64,000 nucleotides of DNA, from the NCBI GenBank assembly GCA_041178185.1, contig JBEGVS010000050.1, forward strand, positions 45,186-109,185. Reading direction: 5' to 3'. A program made the position numbers and the translations under genes. This DNA comes from Pseudomonadota bacterium (lineage in GTDB: Bacteria > Bdellovibrionota_C > UBA2361 > OMII01). Positions 8,984 through 18,928 of this stretch are shown piece by piece. The notes beneath the pieces are model-generated. The model searched no databases. It was not told the origin of the DNA and saw only the letters and a program-made list of their open reading frames with translations. Each line of letters opens with the position of its first letter. Position 1 is the first letter of the stretch.

Positions 8984-10771
8984 TTGACCGATCCAACCAG
9001 ATTGAGTCTAAGAGAGAGCATGAACCTCTCCGCCGTCTCTTTTCTTCGGACGATGAAGTATACCTTCGCCACCGGGCGATTTGGGCTCAGCGCGAGCCTT
9101 TCGCTTCTCTCCTTGGTCATATGTTCCGAGGTGCACGCGGAGAGCGTTGAGTACGAGGGGCGCCAATTTGCGGTTGAAAGCATCAAAGAGATCGATGAAA
9201 AGAACGTCGCTATCGAGATATCTGGACAATCGGTTTTTGCATCGCGGGATACGATTGGAAAATTAGCCTTCAAGATATACGCCACAAAGCCTGAGCTCTT
9301 GGTTCGTGGGAACGCCTTCAACGGGTATGGGGCGTGGCTCGCATCTCTCGCTTCGAGGGGGCATGGCGATGAGGCGGAGATGGCTATCGCTCGTGTGGTG
9401 AGTTCGCAAACGATTGACGCCGGGAAACGCACGAGCTTCCTCGAGGAACTCGTCGAAAGTCCAGCTGGAGAAAAAGCACTCTTTCACGCGGTTTCTTCAT
9501 TAGAAAAAGGGGATGCCACCTCATGTAGTGCACTGGCTTTTTTGAGTGCCGATAGTCAACAGCAGCTACGGGCGCCCCCATCTCGCTCATTCGATTGGAT
9601 ATCAGTAAGCTGTCCTGAAGCGCTTGTTGCGACAGCGCAGCAGCTAATGAGAGAGGGAGAGCGTGTACGAGGGGTGTCGGCATTACGGGCAATCGCCAAC
9701 ATGGTTTCGGGGAGCGGAGGATTTGCAGACGCCGCACATGCATCATTAGCGCGGATAGATGCGCTCGATCAGGCGCTGCAGACTCAAGATGCCTCTCAGC
9801 TCGAGGCAGCGCTTAAGCTCGCGAGCTTTGACACCCTCTTAGGCGATTATTTTACGACAGCACGCCCTGAGTTGGTGGTTGAGTTCAGCTCCGAATCTCT
9901 CCGAAAGGGCAGGCCAGGGAGTGCTCTGAGGGGGCTGTCACTTCTGGATTTCTCAAATCGAACGGATGCCCACCATGAGTTGGTAGCGCGGGCTCTGAGA
10001 GAGCTGACCTTTGAAGATCGTGGAGTCGTTGAAGACGGCGGTGTCCGGAAGTTGTTGTGGTCATACGCCACCAAAGACGATGTCGTGAGACAGCAGTATT
10101 TGTCGATGCTTGAGGATTGGGTTCAGCTTTTACTGGCTGCGCATAAGCCAGATGAGGCGTTGAGGCTCTTTGAGCTAATCAAGGAGCTACGACTTGATCC
10201 CTCCGTTGAGAATGACACCGTACGAAGCAACATCGCTGAGGGTTTCGTTGACGACCGCAAGTATCTTTCCGCAGACGCCGTACTGGCTGGTGTTCGGACA
10301 GAGCTGCCCTGGCTCTACCGGTTTCGTCTCTTGCTCAAGAGAGACATCTATATGTTGATAATGGTGCTGCTCGGATGCGTGGTTATCTTGCGATGGATAT
10401 TCATGTTTGTGCGGGTCGCAATACGACAGAGCGCCGAGAGACAATCTGCGCAAGCCACTGAGCGGCGAGCCGCAGAGGTTGCTGATCGTGAGCGTTTCCA
10501 TACGCAGTTCGCGAATAGCGATCTGAGAGCGGATGGTTTCATGGATATTGATGAGTATGCTGCGGGACTCAAGAAATTTAGTCTTCACCCGACTGCTTCA
10601 TTAGCTGATATTAAAAACGCGTATCGTCACGTAGTGAAAACACTCCATCCGGATATCAATCCCGGCGCGAGCAAGGAAAACACGGATGTCTTTATTGATC
10701 TCACGAGAACTTACGAGAGGCTCCTCGTACTACACGCAGAGCGGGAGCGCAGGTCGAAGTCTTCAAAGTGA
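8984..10771 (+). CDS. Membrane-anchored protein with C-terminal J-domain
   Basis: TM helix near residue 455-480; C-terminal 'SLADIKNAYRHVVKTLHPDINPG' containing the HPD motif. Confidence 0.8.
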   Translation: MTDPTRLSLRESMNLSAVSFLRTMKYTFATGRFGLSASLSLLSLVICSEVHAESVEYEGRQFAVESIKEIDEKNVAIEISGQSVFASRDTIGKLAFKIYATKPELLVRGNAFNGYGAWLASLASRGHGDEAEMAIARVVSSQTIDAGKRTSFLEELVESPAGEKALFHAVSSLEKGDATSCSALAFLSADSQQQLRAPPSRSFDWISVSCPEALVATAQQLMREGERVRGVSALRAIANMVSGSGGFADAAHASLARIDALDQALQTQDASQLEAALKLASFDTLLGDYFTTARPELVVEFSSESLRKGRPGSALRGLSLLDFSNRTDAHHELVARALRELTFEDRGVVEDGGVRKLLWSYATKDDVVRQQYLSMLEDWVQLLLAAHKPDEALRLFELIKELRLDPSVENDTVRSNIAEGFVDDRKYLSADAVLAGVRTELPWLYRFRLLLKRDIYMLIMVLLGCVVILRWIFMFVRVAIRQSAERQSAQATERRAAEVADRERFHTQFANSDLRADGFMDIDEYAAGLKKFSLHPTASLADIKNAYRHVVKTLHPDINPGASKENTDVFIDLTRTYERLLVLHAERERRSKSSK

Positions 10772-11354
10772 TTCTCATACTCAGGGGAGATGGGCGACCG
10801 CCTTTGATGGTGGCGGGAGTAATGGATTCCTGCCGTCGAGCAGGTCGCCGTCGATCTCGGTTGCGTTGTGTTAGGTCAATAGCGCGAGGTCGGATTGGGG
10901 CACCTCGAGATGGGGAGGCGGCTCTGGAACCGATCTGGCGTTGTTCCTCCAAGGAGAGGTCGTCGTAGAGGGCTCCAGAGCATAAGCGCTGAGCGAGCTC
11001 AGATTGCGAGGCGACTCGCCGTTTGAAGACGTTGCAGAGAGCGGTATGGAGGGGAGTTGTTGGAGCAAGGTACTCGTTTATAACGACCAGACCCCACCAA
11101 GGATTTCCATGGCAGAGCTGATAGGAGATGGTTTTGAGTAGGGGTTGGCTTAGCTTCATGCCCTTCGGTGGGGCACGACCTGTGCCACCGCAATGCGCTA
11201 GTTAAGTACCTGTAATTACGTCGTTTAGGCGCGGGATCCTGTGGGAAATCCCACCAGGCCCTGATGCATGATGCTTCAGGCCGGGTGGCCTCCGACCGGG
11301 GACCACACGGTCTCATAGTGCGGCGAGTTTATTGAGATTTGGGGGCCCCTTTCG

Positions 11355-11384
11355 ATGACAGATGGGGGGCTTCATGTCTATAAT
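11355..11384 (+). promoter_or_regulatory. Sigma70-type promoter of the SRP RNA
   Basis: ATGACA-N18-TATAAT ending 5 nt before the RNA 5' stem. Confidence 0.7.
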
Positions 11385-11388
11385 CCGA

Positions 11389-11487
11389 GGCGACGATCGG
11401 TTCACGCGAGAGAGTGTACGAACCCGGCCAGGATCGGAAGATAGCAACCGCACTACATGTATCTGTGATGTGTTTCCGGTCGTCGTT
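11389..11487 (+). ncRNA. ffs: Small bacterial signal recognition particle (4.5S) RNA
   Basis: Terminal stem GGCGACGAUCGG/CCGGUCGUCGUU; helix-8 motif 'AACCCGGCCAGGAUC-GGAA-GAUAGCAACCG' with GNRA loop; known synteny upstream of dnaX-ybaB-recR. Confidence 0.9.
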
Positions 11488-11606
11488 TATTATACCAGCA
11501 GCTCCAAAATATTCCTTTCTTCATCGCTGGTTGCCCAAAGTTCTTGATGCGCGTTTGTGCAAGACTGAGTATCGTATAGAAGCTTGTTTGTTTTTGGAAA
11601 ACGAGA

Positions 11607-13304
11607 GTGTCCTACCTAGTTCTTGCCCGAAAATATCGCCCTTCAGTTTTTAGCTCCGTAAGTGGACAAGAGCACGTCACCCGTACGCTTGCGAACGCGC
11701 TCAAGCGGGACAAGGTCGTTCATGCGTATCTCTTCACTGGGCCGCGGGGCGTCGGCAAGACCTCGGTGTCTCGAATTCTTTCGAAGGCCATCAACTGTCA
11801 GAGTCCCAAAGACGCAGAGCCATGCCTCGAGTGCTCTACGTGCCGAGAGATCGGTGCTGGAACGAGTCTTGCGGTTAGAGAGATTGACGGAGCATCTCAC
11901 AATAGCGTTGAGAACGTGCGTGATCTGATGGATTCGTTCAAATCGCTGCCGCCTCCGGGGTATAAGCGAAAGATATACATCATCGACGAGGTGCACATGT
12001 TGAGCATCTCGGCGTTTAACGCGCTTCTCAAGAGTTTGGAGGAGCCACCTCCCCATACCGTCTTTATTCTTGCTACCACAGATGTCCACAAGATACCCGA
12101 GACCGTTATTTCACGCTGTCAGCGCCATGATTTCAGGGCGCTTAGTATGGCGGCAATAGAGGCGCGGTTGCGTGAGGTATGTGACGCCGAAAAGATAGAG
12201 GCTGATGCTGAGTCTTTAAAACTGGTCGCCCGCATGGCGGATGGTTCAATGCGCGACGCCCAGACGTTGCTGGATAGGGTGCAGAGTTTTTGCGAGGGCG
12301 CCATAACCGCTCCTGAGACGAGTCGCGCGCTAGGAACGGTTGATCAGCGCGCCTTGTTCGATCTTGCTCAGTCAATAGTAGCGCGTGATACATCCAGCGT
12401 TCTTGGTCGCACTTCAGATATCTTCTCAACAGGTATTGATCCGTCGACGCTCCTTCGAGAGTTTGTCCATTTTTGGCGCGAGGTATTTGTTGCCAAGTTG
12501 GGCGGAGAGCCGGCTCTCCTAGCGTTGGGATTGAGTAAGGACTCAAGCGTTGAGCTGTTACGCCTTGTCTCCGCGCTTGAGGCAACAGATGTACAAGATC
12601 TGTGGGATGTGGCACGTGAGGGAGCTGATCGAGCTTTGCGTTCAGCCCATCCGCGCTACGGGTTTGAGGCGCTTGTTGCTCGAATGGCGACACGACAGCC
12701 GGTTGCTGAGATCGGAGCGATAATCGGGCACCTGATGAGCAGCAGTGACGAGCGCAAGGGGAGTGCCACTACGGCTCAACGCGCTATGCCGACTCAAGCT
12801 ACGGCACCGACTCCACCACGAGCGTCGACGGTTTCTCGTACGCCAGCACCTACCGCTCCCGCCGCAACGGTTTCTGCGGCAACACCTGTCCCTGGTGGGA
12901 GGTTGGCTGGTGGCGCTGGATTTGCGTGGGAAGATATTGTGGCGTTCGCGTCTGCCACGACCGGTAGGGTGCTAGTTGAGAATTTAAAGCGACTTCTTCC
13001 TAGTCGATGTGAGGTTGGGGTTTTTGAAGCTGTCGGACCTGAGTTTACCGCTACGAGTCTGATGCGGGAAAAGGATAAGGTGATCGATATCTTCAACCAA
13101 TACCTCGATAAGCAGGGAATAGACCGGCCGCGGGCTTGGAAGATTATGATTCAAAAGGGACAAGGTGCTGTAGAGGTTTCGGCCGCAGACAAAGCGCAGG
13201 CAAAGGCGCAGGGCGAGCGTGAACTTCATGGTCATCCAGCGGTACAAAGTTTGCAGAAGATATTTCCGGGCAGCAAAGTTGAGCAGGTCAGGGGCAAAGA
13301 GTAA
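11607..13304 (+). CDS. dnaX: DNA polymerase III subunit gamma/tau
   Basis: 'YLVLARKYRP', Walker A 'GPRGVGKTS', Zn cluster, 'IIDEVHMLS', 'TVISRCQR' (SRC motif). Confidence 0.97.
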   Translation: MSYLVLARKYRPSVFSSVSGQEHVTRTLANALKRDKVVHAYLFTGPRGVGKTSVSRILSKAINCQSPKDAEPCLECSTCREIGAGTSLAVREIDGASHNSVENVRDLMDSFKSLPPPGYKRKIYIIDEVHMLSISAFNALLKSLEEPPPHTVFILATTDVHKIPETVISRCQRHDFRALSMAAIEARLREVCDAEKIEADAESLKLVARMADGSMRDAQTLLDRVQSFCEGAITAPETSRALGTVDQRALFDLAQSIVARDTSSVLGRTSDIFSTGIDPSTLLREFVHFWREVFVAKLGGEPALLALGLSKDSSVELLRLVSALEATDVQDLWDVAREGADRALRSAHPRYGFEALVARMATRQPVAEIGAIIGHLMSSSDERKGSATTAQRAMPTQATAPTPPRASTVSRTPAPTAPAATVSAATPVPGGRLAGGAGFAWEDIVAFASATTGRVLVENLKRLLPSRCEVGVFEAVGPEFTATSLMREKDKVIDIFNQYLDKQGIDRPRAWKIMIQKGQGAVEVSAADKAQAKAQGERELHGHPAVQSLQKIFPGSKVEQVRGKE

Positions 13305-13337
13305 TTTCATTCACTCATAAACGTGGAGGTAAGTGGT

Positions 13338-13679
13338 ATGGCGAAGGGCTTTAGTGGCTTTCCTGGTGGCGGTAATATGCAGGCGCTTCTTCAGCAGGCG
13401 CAAAAGATGCAGCGTGATATGCAGGTAGCGCAGTCTCAAGCCGAGGCATTTGAGGCTGAAGGTTCTGTTGGTGGAGGTGCCGTTAAGATTAAGGTCAATG
13501 GTAAGTATGAGGTGCTGGCGGTTGAGATAAAGCCGGAAGCCGTTGATCCCTCAAGCGTCGATCTGCTTCAAGATATGGTTAAATCTGCGGCTAATGAGGC
13601 GATCGCTAAGATTCGGCGCAACACAGATGCCGCCCTCTCCAAGGTTACTGGTGGCATGAGCATTCCTGGCTTGTCCTAA
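13338..13679 (+). CDS. ybaB: YbaB/EbfC family nucleoid-associated protein
   Basis: '[16 protein letters not shown]', '[11 protein letters not shown]', '[13 protein letters not shown]'; between dnaX and recR. Confidence 0.95.
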   Translation: MAKGFSGFPGGGNMQALLQQAQKMQRDMQVAQSQAEAFEAEGSVGGGAVKIKVNGKYEVLAVEIKPEAVDPSSVDLLQDMVKSAANEAIAKIRRNTDAALSKVTGGMSIPGLS

Positions 13680-13682
13680 GAG

Positions 13683-14294
13683 GTGACGATGCTTGTATTT
13701 CCTCCAGCGCTCCAGCGATTGATAAAAGAGCTCTCTAAGCTTCCCTCTGTTGGGGAGAAGACTGCCACTCGTTTGGCATACCACTTGATCGCAAACGATC
13801 GCGACCTTGCGCGCTCTCTTGGGACAGCGTTGCGACAAGCGGCTGACGACGTGCGGCTGTGTGAGCGGTGTTTCTTTTTGAGTGAAGAGGCGCTGTGTTC
13901 GCTATGCCGGAATGCATCTCGAGATCCCTCAGTGTTGTGTGTTGTGGAAAAGCCGGTGGACCTCGTTGCGATTGAGCGAGGAGGGGAGTTTAAGGGCCTC
14001 TATCATATCTTGCACGGTCTTTGGGCCCCACTACGAGGCCAGGGACCGGAGAGTATGAAGCTCAAAGAGCTCATGGATCGTGTTCGAGATGGCTCTGTTT
14101 CAGAGGTCATTTTGGCGACGAGCGCTACCGTAGAGGGTGATGCTACAGCTCTCTATATCGGGCGTATGTTGGCAGATTTGGGCGTAAAAACGACCCGCCC
14201 AGCCCAGGGCATACCAAAGGGCGGAGAGCTCGAATACGCTGATGATGTGACCCTCTCTCGGGCCTTCGCTGCACGAAATACCTTGCAGTTTTAG
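13683..14294 (+). CDS. recR: Recombination mediator RecR
   Basis: 'LPSVGEKTATRLAYHL', C4 Zn finger, Toprim 'EVILATSATVEGDATA', 'GGELEYADDVTL'. Confidence 0.97.
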   Translation: MTMLVFPPALQRLIKELSKLPSVGEKTATRLAYHLIANDRDLARSLGTALRQAADDVRLCERCFFLSEEALCSLCRNASRDPSVLCVVEKPVDLVAIERGGEFKGLYHILHGLWAPLRGQGPESMKLKELMDRVRDGSVSEVILATSATVEGDATALYIGRMLADLGVKTTRPAQGIPKGGELEYADDVTLSRAFAARNTLQF

Positions 14295-14392
14295 TGAGTT
14301 GTTTCAGAGGGTTTTGAGGGCGTTTCTCGCAAAAGTAGGGCTCGGGTGTCTTGACTTTAATGCCCTTTGAGAGATTATAGTCCGGTCAATTT

Positions 14393-14468
14393 TCCCCGGT
14401 AGCTCAGTTGGTAGAGCAGGCGGCTGTTAACCGCCTTGTCGGGGGTTCGAGTCCCTCCCGGGGAGCCA
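14393..14468 (+). tRNA. tRNA-Asn(GTT), CCA encoded
   Basis: 76-nt cloverleaf TCCCCGGTAGCTCAGTTGGTAGAGCAGGCGGCT-GTT-AACCGCC...GGTTCGAGTCC...GGGGAGCCA. Confidence 0.98.
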
Positions 14469-14506
14469 TCTGTCCAGCTAAGACAGATAGGCTCCTCTTT
14501 TTTTTT
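14462..14506 (+). terminator. Rho-independent terminator after tRNA-Asn
   Basis: ggagcc-atctgtc/gacagat-a-ggctcc stem followed by T9. Confidence 0.7.
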
Positions 14507-14633
14507 ACCATTCACGCGTTTCTAACCCAGAGTAGCGGGCGTGCTCCCTGAGGCATTTAGGCGATGCGACACACCAGGTAGGAATAATTCCCTGCTGGCT
14601 CGAGGTGTGGCTAGAGCCCCACCACGTCGTCGA

Positions 14634-14927
14634 TTAATTGACCTTGTCTAACATCTTATGCAGCATCTTCCTGAACGCGGAATTCTGCTTCTGAAACTGG
14701 ATGAGGTTCTGTTGCCGCTGTGTAGATGACAACAGTTCGGAGCGGCATTCGGATACGGTGCTTTGAAGCTCTTCAGCTTGCTCGACGAGCTCTTGCAGGA
14801 TTGAGAGCGGATTGGATTGTGATGAAAGGTACGGAATATCGTCGGACGGCGAGGAATCTTTTACGATTTCAACCTCGATCTGTCCCGCCAGTCCGGAGCG
14901 CTTGTGACTGGAATTATCTGACGACAT
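14634..14927 (-). CDS. Hypothetical coiled-coil protein
   Basis: ORF from ATG 14927 (MSSDNSS...) with heptad-like C-terminal half. Confidence 0.5.
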   Translation of the reverse strand: MSSDNSSHKRSGLAGQIEVEIVKDSSPSDDIPYLSSQSNPLSILQELVEQAEELQSTVSECRSELLSSTQRQQNLIQFQKQNSAFRKMLHKMLDKVN

Positions 14928-15219
14928 GTAGCCTCCAACGGTAACGCTTGGGCCCCGACGAGTTGTGATGCCCGTGCATATTCTTCTCCCAAGGGAGGTT
15001 TGCAAAACTCGTTCTCACCAGGAGGATCATATGCTACGACCCGGCGGCGGCTTGTAACACTAGGTAATTAGGTGGCGTTAGTTGGGTAGGGATAGCTCGT
15101 CCCATAGGCAAATTCTTCCGGTCGACTTTGATACCTCGGGAAGGTGCGCGGGTATGGATGGCAGAAATTGCCTATCTCGGGCATCGTAGGGAGGTATCGC
15201 TTTTGAATGAGTTAGCTGT

Positions 15220-15915
15220 ATGGATGGTGAATTTTTCGCGCTTGCCCTCGTTTGGTACGTTGCTTTTCTTTTTAGCACCGTCTGTCATGAGGCGGCGCAT
15301 GCCTTGGTCGCCAAATGGGGGGGGGACCTAACGGCCTATGCAGGTGGGCACGTCACGTTAGATCCGATCCCGCACATCAAACGAGAGCCGCTCGGTTTGG
15401 TAGTGATTCCTTGGTTGTGTTTAATCGCTTCCCATGGAACGAGTTTGTTCGGATGGGGAAGCGCACCATTTGATCCCTATTGGCAGATTCGATATCCGAA
15501 GCGCGCGGCGCTGATGGCGCTTGCAGGTCCCGTTAGTAACTTTCTCATCGCGATCGTCGCGGCTATCATCATGCACGTAGGTATTAACTACGGCATTTTT
15601 ACTTTGACGTTTGCGCCCGTCGTAGGATCGAGCGCCGGTGGTTTTCTGGATGGGGCTGCGATGTTTTTGAGCGTTTTGTTTATCCTCAACATCATCCTTG
15701 GCGTCTTTAATCTTTTGCCGATTCCGCCCCTCGATGGATATTCGGTGCTAGGCCTCTTCATGCCGGAGCAGGCGTTCCTGAATCTTCTCAATTTCGCCAG
15801 AGGATCGGGCTTTTCCATCTTAGGAATTATCGTTGCCTACCAAGTGTTTCCTCACTTAGTACGACCGGTTCTTGGGTGGGCGATGTATCTCTTTATGCTA
15901 CCGCTTGTGCGATGA
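15220..15915 (+). CDS. Site-2 protease family (M50) membrane metalloprotease
   Basis: 'CHEAAHA' (HExxH), 'AGPVSN', 'FNLLPIPPLDG'. Confidence 0.93.
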   Translation: MDGEFFALALVWYVAFLFSTVCHEAAHALVAKWGGDLTAYAGGHVTLDPIPHIKREPLGLVVIPWLCLIASHGTSLFGWGSAPFDPYWQIRYPKRAALMALAGPVSNFLIAIVAAIIMHVGINYGIFTLTFAPVVGSSAGGFLDGAAMFLSVLFILNIILGVFNLLPIPPLDGYSVLGLFMPEQAFLNLLNFARGSGFSILGIIVAYQVFPHLVRPVLGWAMYLFMLPLVR

Positions 15916-16740
15916 TGACGCTCTGCGCGCGCGTGGCTTTACTTGACAGGTCGGGCACACGTGAGTTCCCCGTTGAGCGACAACGATACGGACAATTGTG
16001 TCCCGACATCGCGAACATTTTTTCTCATCTCGGCCGTAGACACGCGGTTTATACATACCTCCGTCGACTACGCCGTCACCGAAGTCGCAACCAAGTTTCT
16101 CAATCGCTTCACTCAGGGTCTCTCGTATAGCCCGGTGAAGTTTTCGAATGTGATCATCCCCAAGGGTAGAGGCTCTCGTGAGAGGGTGTACTTTGATTTT
16201 CCAAAGCACCTCGTCAACATAGATATTACCGAGCCCCGCGATAACGGTCTGATCGAGCAGAACCGGTTTAATCCTGCCAGACTTCTGAGAGAGAGCCCCC
16301 TGAAGAGCCTCTGGTGTGCATGATGGATCGAGGGGCTCAAGCCCTAAATGACCGATTACATCATCGGGATTTTCGCACAACGTCATTCGACCGAACTTTC
16401 GGGTATCATTAAATCGAATGCTTTTTCCAGAATCGAGCTCAATGCAAACTCTATCGTGCCGTGCGAGCTCGAAATCGGTTGGAATGACATCGAGGGATCC
16501 GCTCATGCGAAGATGTGTGAAAAGATAGAGAGGTTTGTGTGCGTCCAACCGCATGCCAACGTATTTGCCTCGACGAAAGAGCGACGAAATCCGCGCGCCG
16601 CAAATCTCTTGTTCAAACGAGAGGGGATCCTTTGGAGAAACCGTTCGTGCCCACGACACGTTGCTACGAACGATCGTCGCCCCTTGGACGCGTTCGCGCA
16701 GATAATCGACGGTTGCTTGTACCTCTGGAAGTTCGGGCAT
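15898..16740 (-). CDS. mutM: Formamidopyrimidine-DNA glycosylase
   Basis: 'MPELPEV', 'RRGKY', 'HLRMSG', 'LLDQTVIAGLGNIYVDE', C-terminal C4 Zn finger. Confidence 0.97.
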   Translation of the reverse strand: MPELPEVQATVDYLRERVQGATIVRSNVSWARTVSPKDPLSFEQEICGARISSLFRRGKYVGMRLDAHKPLYLFTHLRMSGSLDVIPTDFELARHDRVCIELDSGKSIRFNDTRKFGRMTLCENPDDVIGHLGLEPLDPSCTPEALQGALSQKSGRIKPVLLDQTVIAGLGNIYVDEVLWKIKVHPLTRASTLGDDHIRKLHRAIRETLSEAIEKLGCDFGDGVVDGGMYKPRVYGRDEKKCSRCRDTIVRIVVAQRGTHVCPTCQVKPRARRASSSHKR

Positions 16741-16870
16741 ATTGGCTCGGTTTTAGTGGGAGTATAGCCGTTTTATCGCCGAAGAGGGAGGTGACGGGGT
16801 GCCAGTGCTTTGCAACGTATTGGATTTACTACTAGGCCAGGGGACCATCAGCGTTTGACCCCTCAAATGA

Positions 16871-16878
16871 GCCGATAA
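16871..16878 (+). promoter_or_regulatory. Sigma28 (FliA)-like -10 element upstream of the FapA-like gene
   Basis: Exact GCCGATAA 58 nt before the ATG; no consensus TAAA -35 at 15-nt spacing. Confidence 0.4.
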
Positions 16879-16935
16879 CCCCTTATTTTTATCGAGGTTT
16901 CAACCGATCTCCAACCATGGAGGGTCTCACCAGCG

Positions 16936-18387
16936 ATGCGCGTCGTTCACCGATACCAAAGCGAACAGATGAATCTTGAGTTGTCGCTCTCTGACGACAA
17001 GCTCAAGCTATTCGCTAAGGTTGAGCCGCAACCAAAATACCATGAGGCGAGTGAGGCGATCCTGCTTGAGGAATTACTGAAGATTACCCAGGAGGATCGG
17101 ATCGATCGAGATGTCGTCCACGATATCGTCGCGCAACTTCATCAGGAAAAGGGCTGCGAGGGGCGTCGGGTAGCCAAGGGAGAGGCCGCCGTTCAGGGGC
17201 GTGATGGAAAGATCGTATGGTTGGTGCGACGCTTTCGTCAGGGCGCGACTGTGGATGCCAGCAGAGAGCTGGCTGATTTCTACAATTTGGGGCTCTTTGA
17301 AAACATCGAGGCGGGCCGCGAGGTCGGCCGTGTGTACAAACCAACCGAGGGGCGACCAGGTGTTGATGTCACGGGCGCGGCCATTCCATCAAAGTCTGGT
17401 AAACCAATAACAGAGAAATTTGATAAAACACTTGAGTTTAAACCCGATGAGAACCGCGAGGATTATCAGACTTTGATCGCTGCCGTGAGTGGCTATGCTC
17501 ATGAGGAGAGTGGAAAGGTTTCTATTCGTAACACCCTCTCTATTTCCGGAAACCTGGACTACGAGATGGGGCATATCGACTTCATTGGTAGCGTTAGGAT
17601 TGGCGGGGATGTTCAGAAAGGATTTCATATCAAGGCACGAGGGGATATCGAAGTAGTGGGATCCGTCCTCGGCGGAAATCAGCTCACGAGTGATGGTTCT
17701 ATCACCATACGAGGGTTTCATCAGGGGGGAGAGGGCTCGGTGGTTCGAGCTCGTAATAATTACTCCGTGAGTATCGTGCAGAATGTTACCGCGGATATTG
17801 GTGGGGCTATCACGATTCTCAAAGAAGCTCGAGATTGCTCATTTCGGACCTCGGCCGCTGTAAACGCCAGTCAGGCGACGGTCGTGGGAGGTACTATCTG
17901 GTGCGTGAAAGGTTTCGAGAGCAAGGTTCTCGGTAATCCGGCTGGCGTACGGACAACGGTTGAGCTGCGAAATGAACTAGAGGTCACCCCAGAGTATCGT
18001 CGCGTAGAGGAAAGTATCAAAAAGCATGAGGTTGCTATTGCCGCCCTTGAGCTTCACATCGGCCCGTATCTTCAAAATCGAAAGCGAGTCCCGCTTCTTG
18101 CAGCAAAATTCAAAATGAAGATGACCGAACTTCTGAATAAATACGACGGAGTTCAGGCATCACTCGCCAAACTACAGGAGGCGCTGAAGCGGATGCGAGA
18201 TGCGAAGCCGATGGAGGAGTCTTCCCGGATCAATATTCTTGGGGTGGCGTACTCAGGAGTGGTTTTAAATACAAGCGCTGCGAAGTTGGAATTTCATGAA
18301 GAGAAAAAGGGGCCCCTTAGCTTCAAGCCACAGCCGGCTGGAAGTGAGTGGGTTTCAGTACCGTATGAACCGTTGCAAAAAGGATAG
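16936..18387 (+). CDS. FapA/DUF342 family protein (flagellar assembly protein A-like)
   Basis: 'VAKGEAAVQGRDGKI', 'G.DVTG..IP', 'TLSISGNLDYEMGHIDFIGSVRIGGDVQKGFHIKARGDIEVVGSV' beta-helix, then coiled coil. Confidence 0.88.
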   Translation: MRVVHRYQSEQMNLELSLSDDKLKLFAKVEPQPKYHEASEAILLEELLKITQEDRIDRDVVHDIVAQLHQEKGCEGRRVAKGEAAVQGRDGKIVWLVRRFRQGATVDASRELADFYNLGLFENIEAGREVGRVYKPTEGRPGVDVTGAAIPSKSGKPITEKFDKTLEFKPDENREDYQTLIAAVSGYAHEESGKVSIRNTLSISGNLDYEMGHIDFIGSVRIGGDVQKGFHIKARGDIEVVGSVLGGNQLTSDGSITIRGFHQGGEGSVVRARNNYSVSIVQNVTADIGGAITILKEARDCSFRTSAAVNASQATVVGGTIWCVKGFESKVLGNPAGVRTTVELRNELEVTPEYRRVEESIKKHEVAIAALELHIGPYLQNRKRVPLLAAKFKMKMTELLNKYDGVQASLAKLQEALKRMRDAKPMEESSRINILGVAYSGVVLNTSAAKLEFHEEKKGPLSFKPQPAGSEWVSVPYEPLQKG

Positions 18388-18389
18388 GT

Positions 18390-18890
18390 ATGGATCAGAA
18401 AACGCTCATGTCTACATTACACTCAGCTACGGCTAGGGGGATCCAACTTATCCCACCAAATATTCTCAGTGAGAGCATAGGAACAATCGGTCTTAAGGAT
18501 CCGTTGACTATCGCACCCACCGCGACATTGCAGGATTGTCTCGACGTGATGCAAAAGCATCGAGTGGGGAGCCTTCTTGTCACTGACGAGAGCGATAAGT
18601 TGGTAGGCATCTTCACCGAACGAGACTTTCTTCTCAAAGTCATGGGCAAGATAAGCGATCTCTCGAGTCGTACCGTGTCGGATTTTATGACGAAAGACCC
18701 GGTGCGAGAAAAGCCGGAAGCTTCGCTCGCATTCGCATTGAGCGTTATGTCACACGGAGGTTTTCGGCATGTGCCCATCGTCGATCAGGATGATGTGCCG
18801 ATCGGCATCGTATCCGTTAAGGATGTGGTCGATCACTTCGTCAGGAGGATGCTCGATGGTATTTTCGCGTCAGTAGATACGGTGCTCTAG
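18390..18890 (+). CDS. CBS-domain pair protein
   Basis: 'VGSLLVTD...LVGIFTERD', 'FRHVPIVD...GIVSVKDV'. Confidence 0.92.
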   Translation: MDQKTLMSTLHSATARGIQLIPPNILSESIGTIGLKDPLTIAPTATLQDCLDVMQKHRVGSLLVTDESDKLVGIFTERDFLLKVMGKISDLSSRTVSDFMTKDPVREKPEASLAFALSVMSHGGFRHVPIVDQDDVPIGIVSVKDVVDHFVRRMLDGIFASVDTVL

Positions 18891-18928
18891 GAGAGCTTGC
18901 GCTACATTTCAGAGGAGGGCGAGTGCGG

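Noticed and set aside
10701-11159. 152-aa minus-strand ORF
   Set aside because: Overlaps the J-domain gene 3' end, has no recognisable motif and is Arg/Pro-rich like a spurious frame
11607-13304. Programmed -1 frameshift in dnaX (gamma/tau)
   Set aside because: I found no A-AAA-AAG slippery site or long A run in the CDS
14393-14468. tRNA-Asn as an integration site
   Set aside because: No integrase nearby and no duplicated tRNA 3' end noticed in the window
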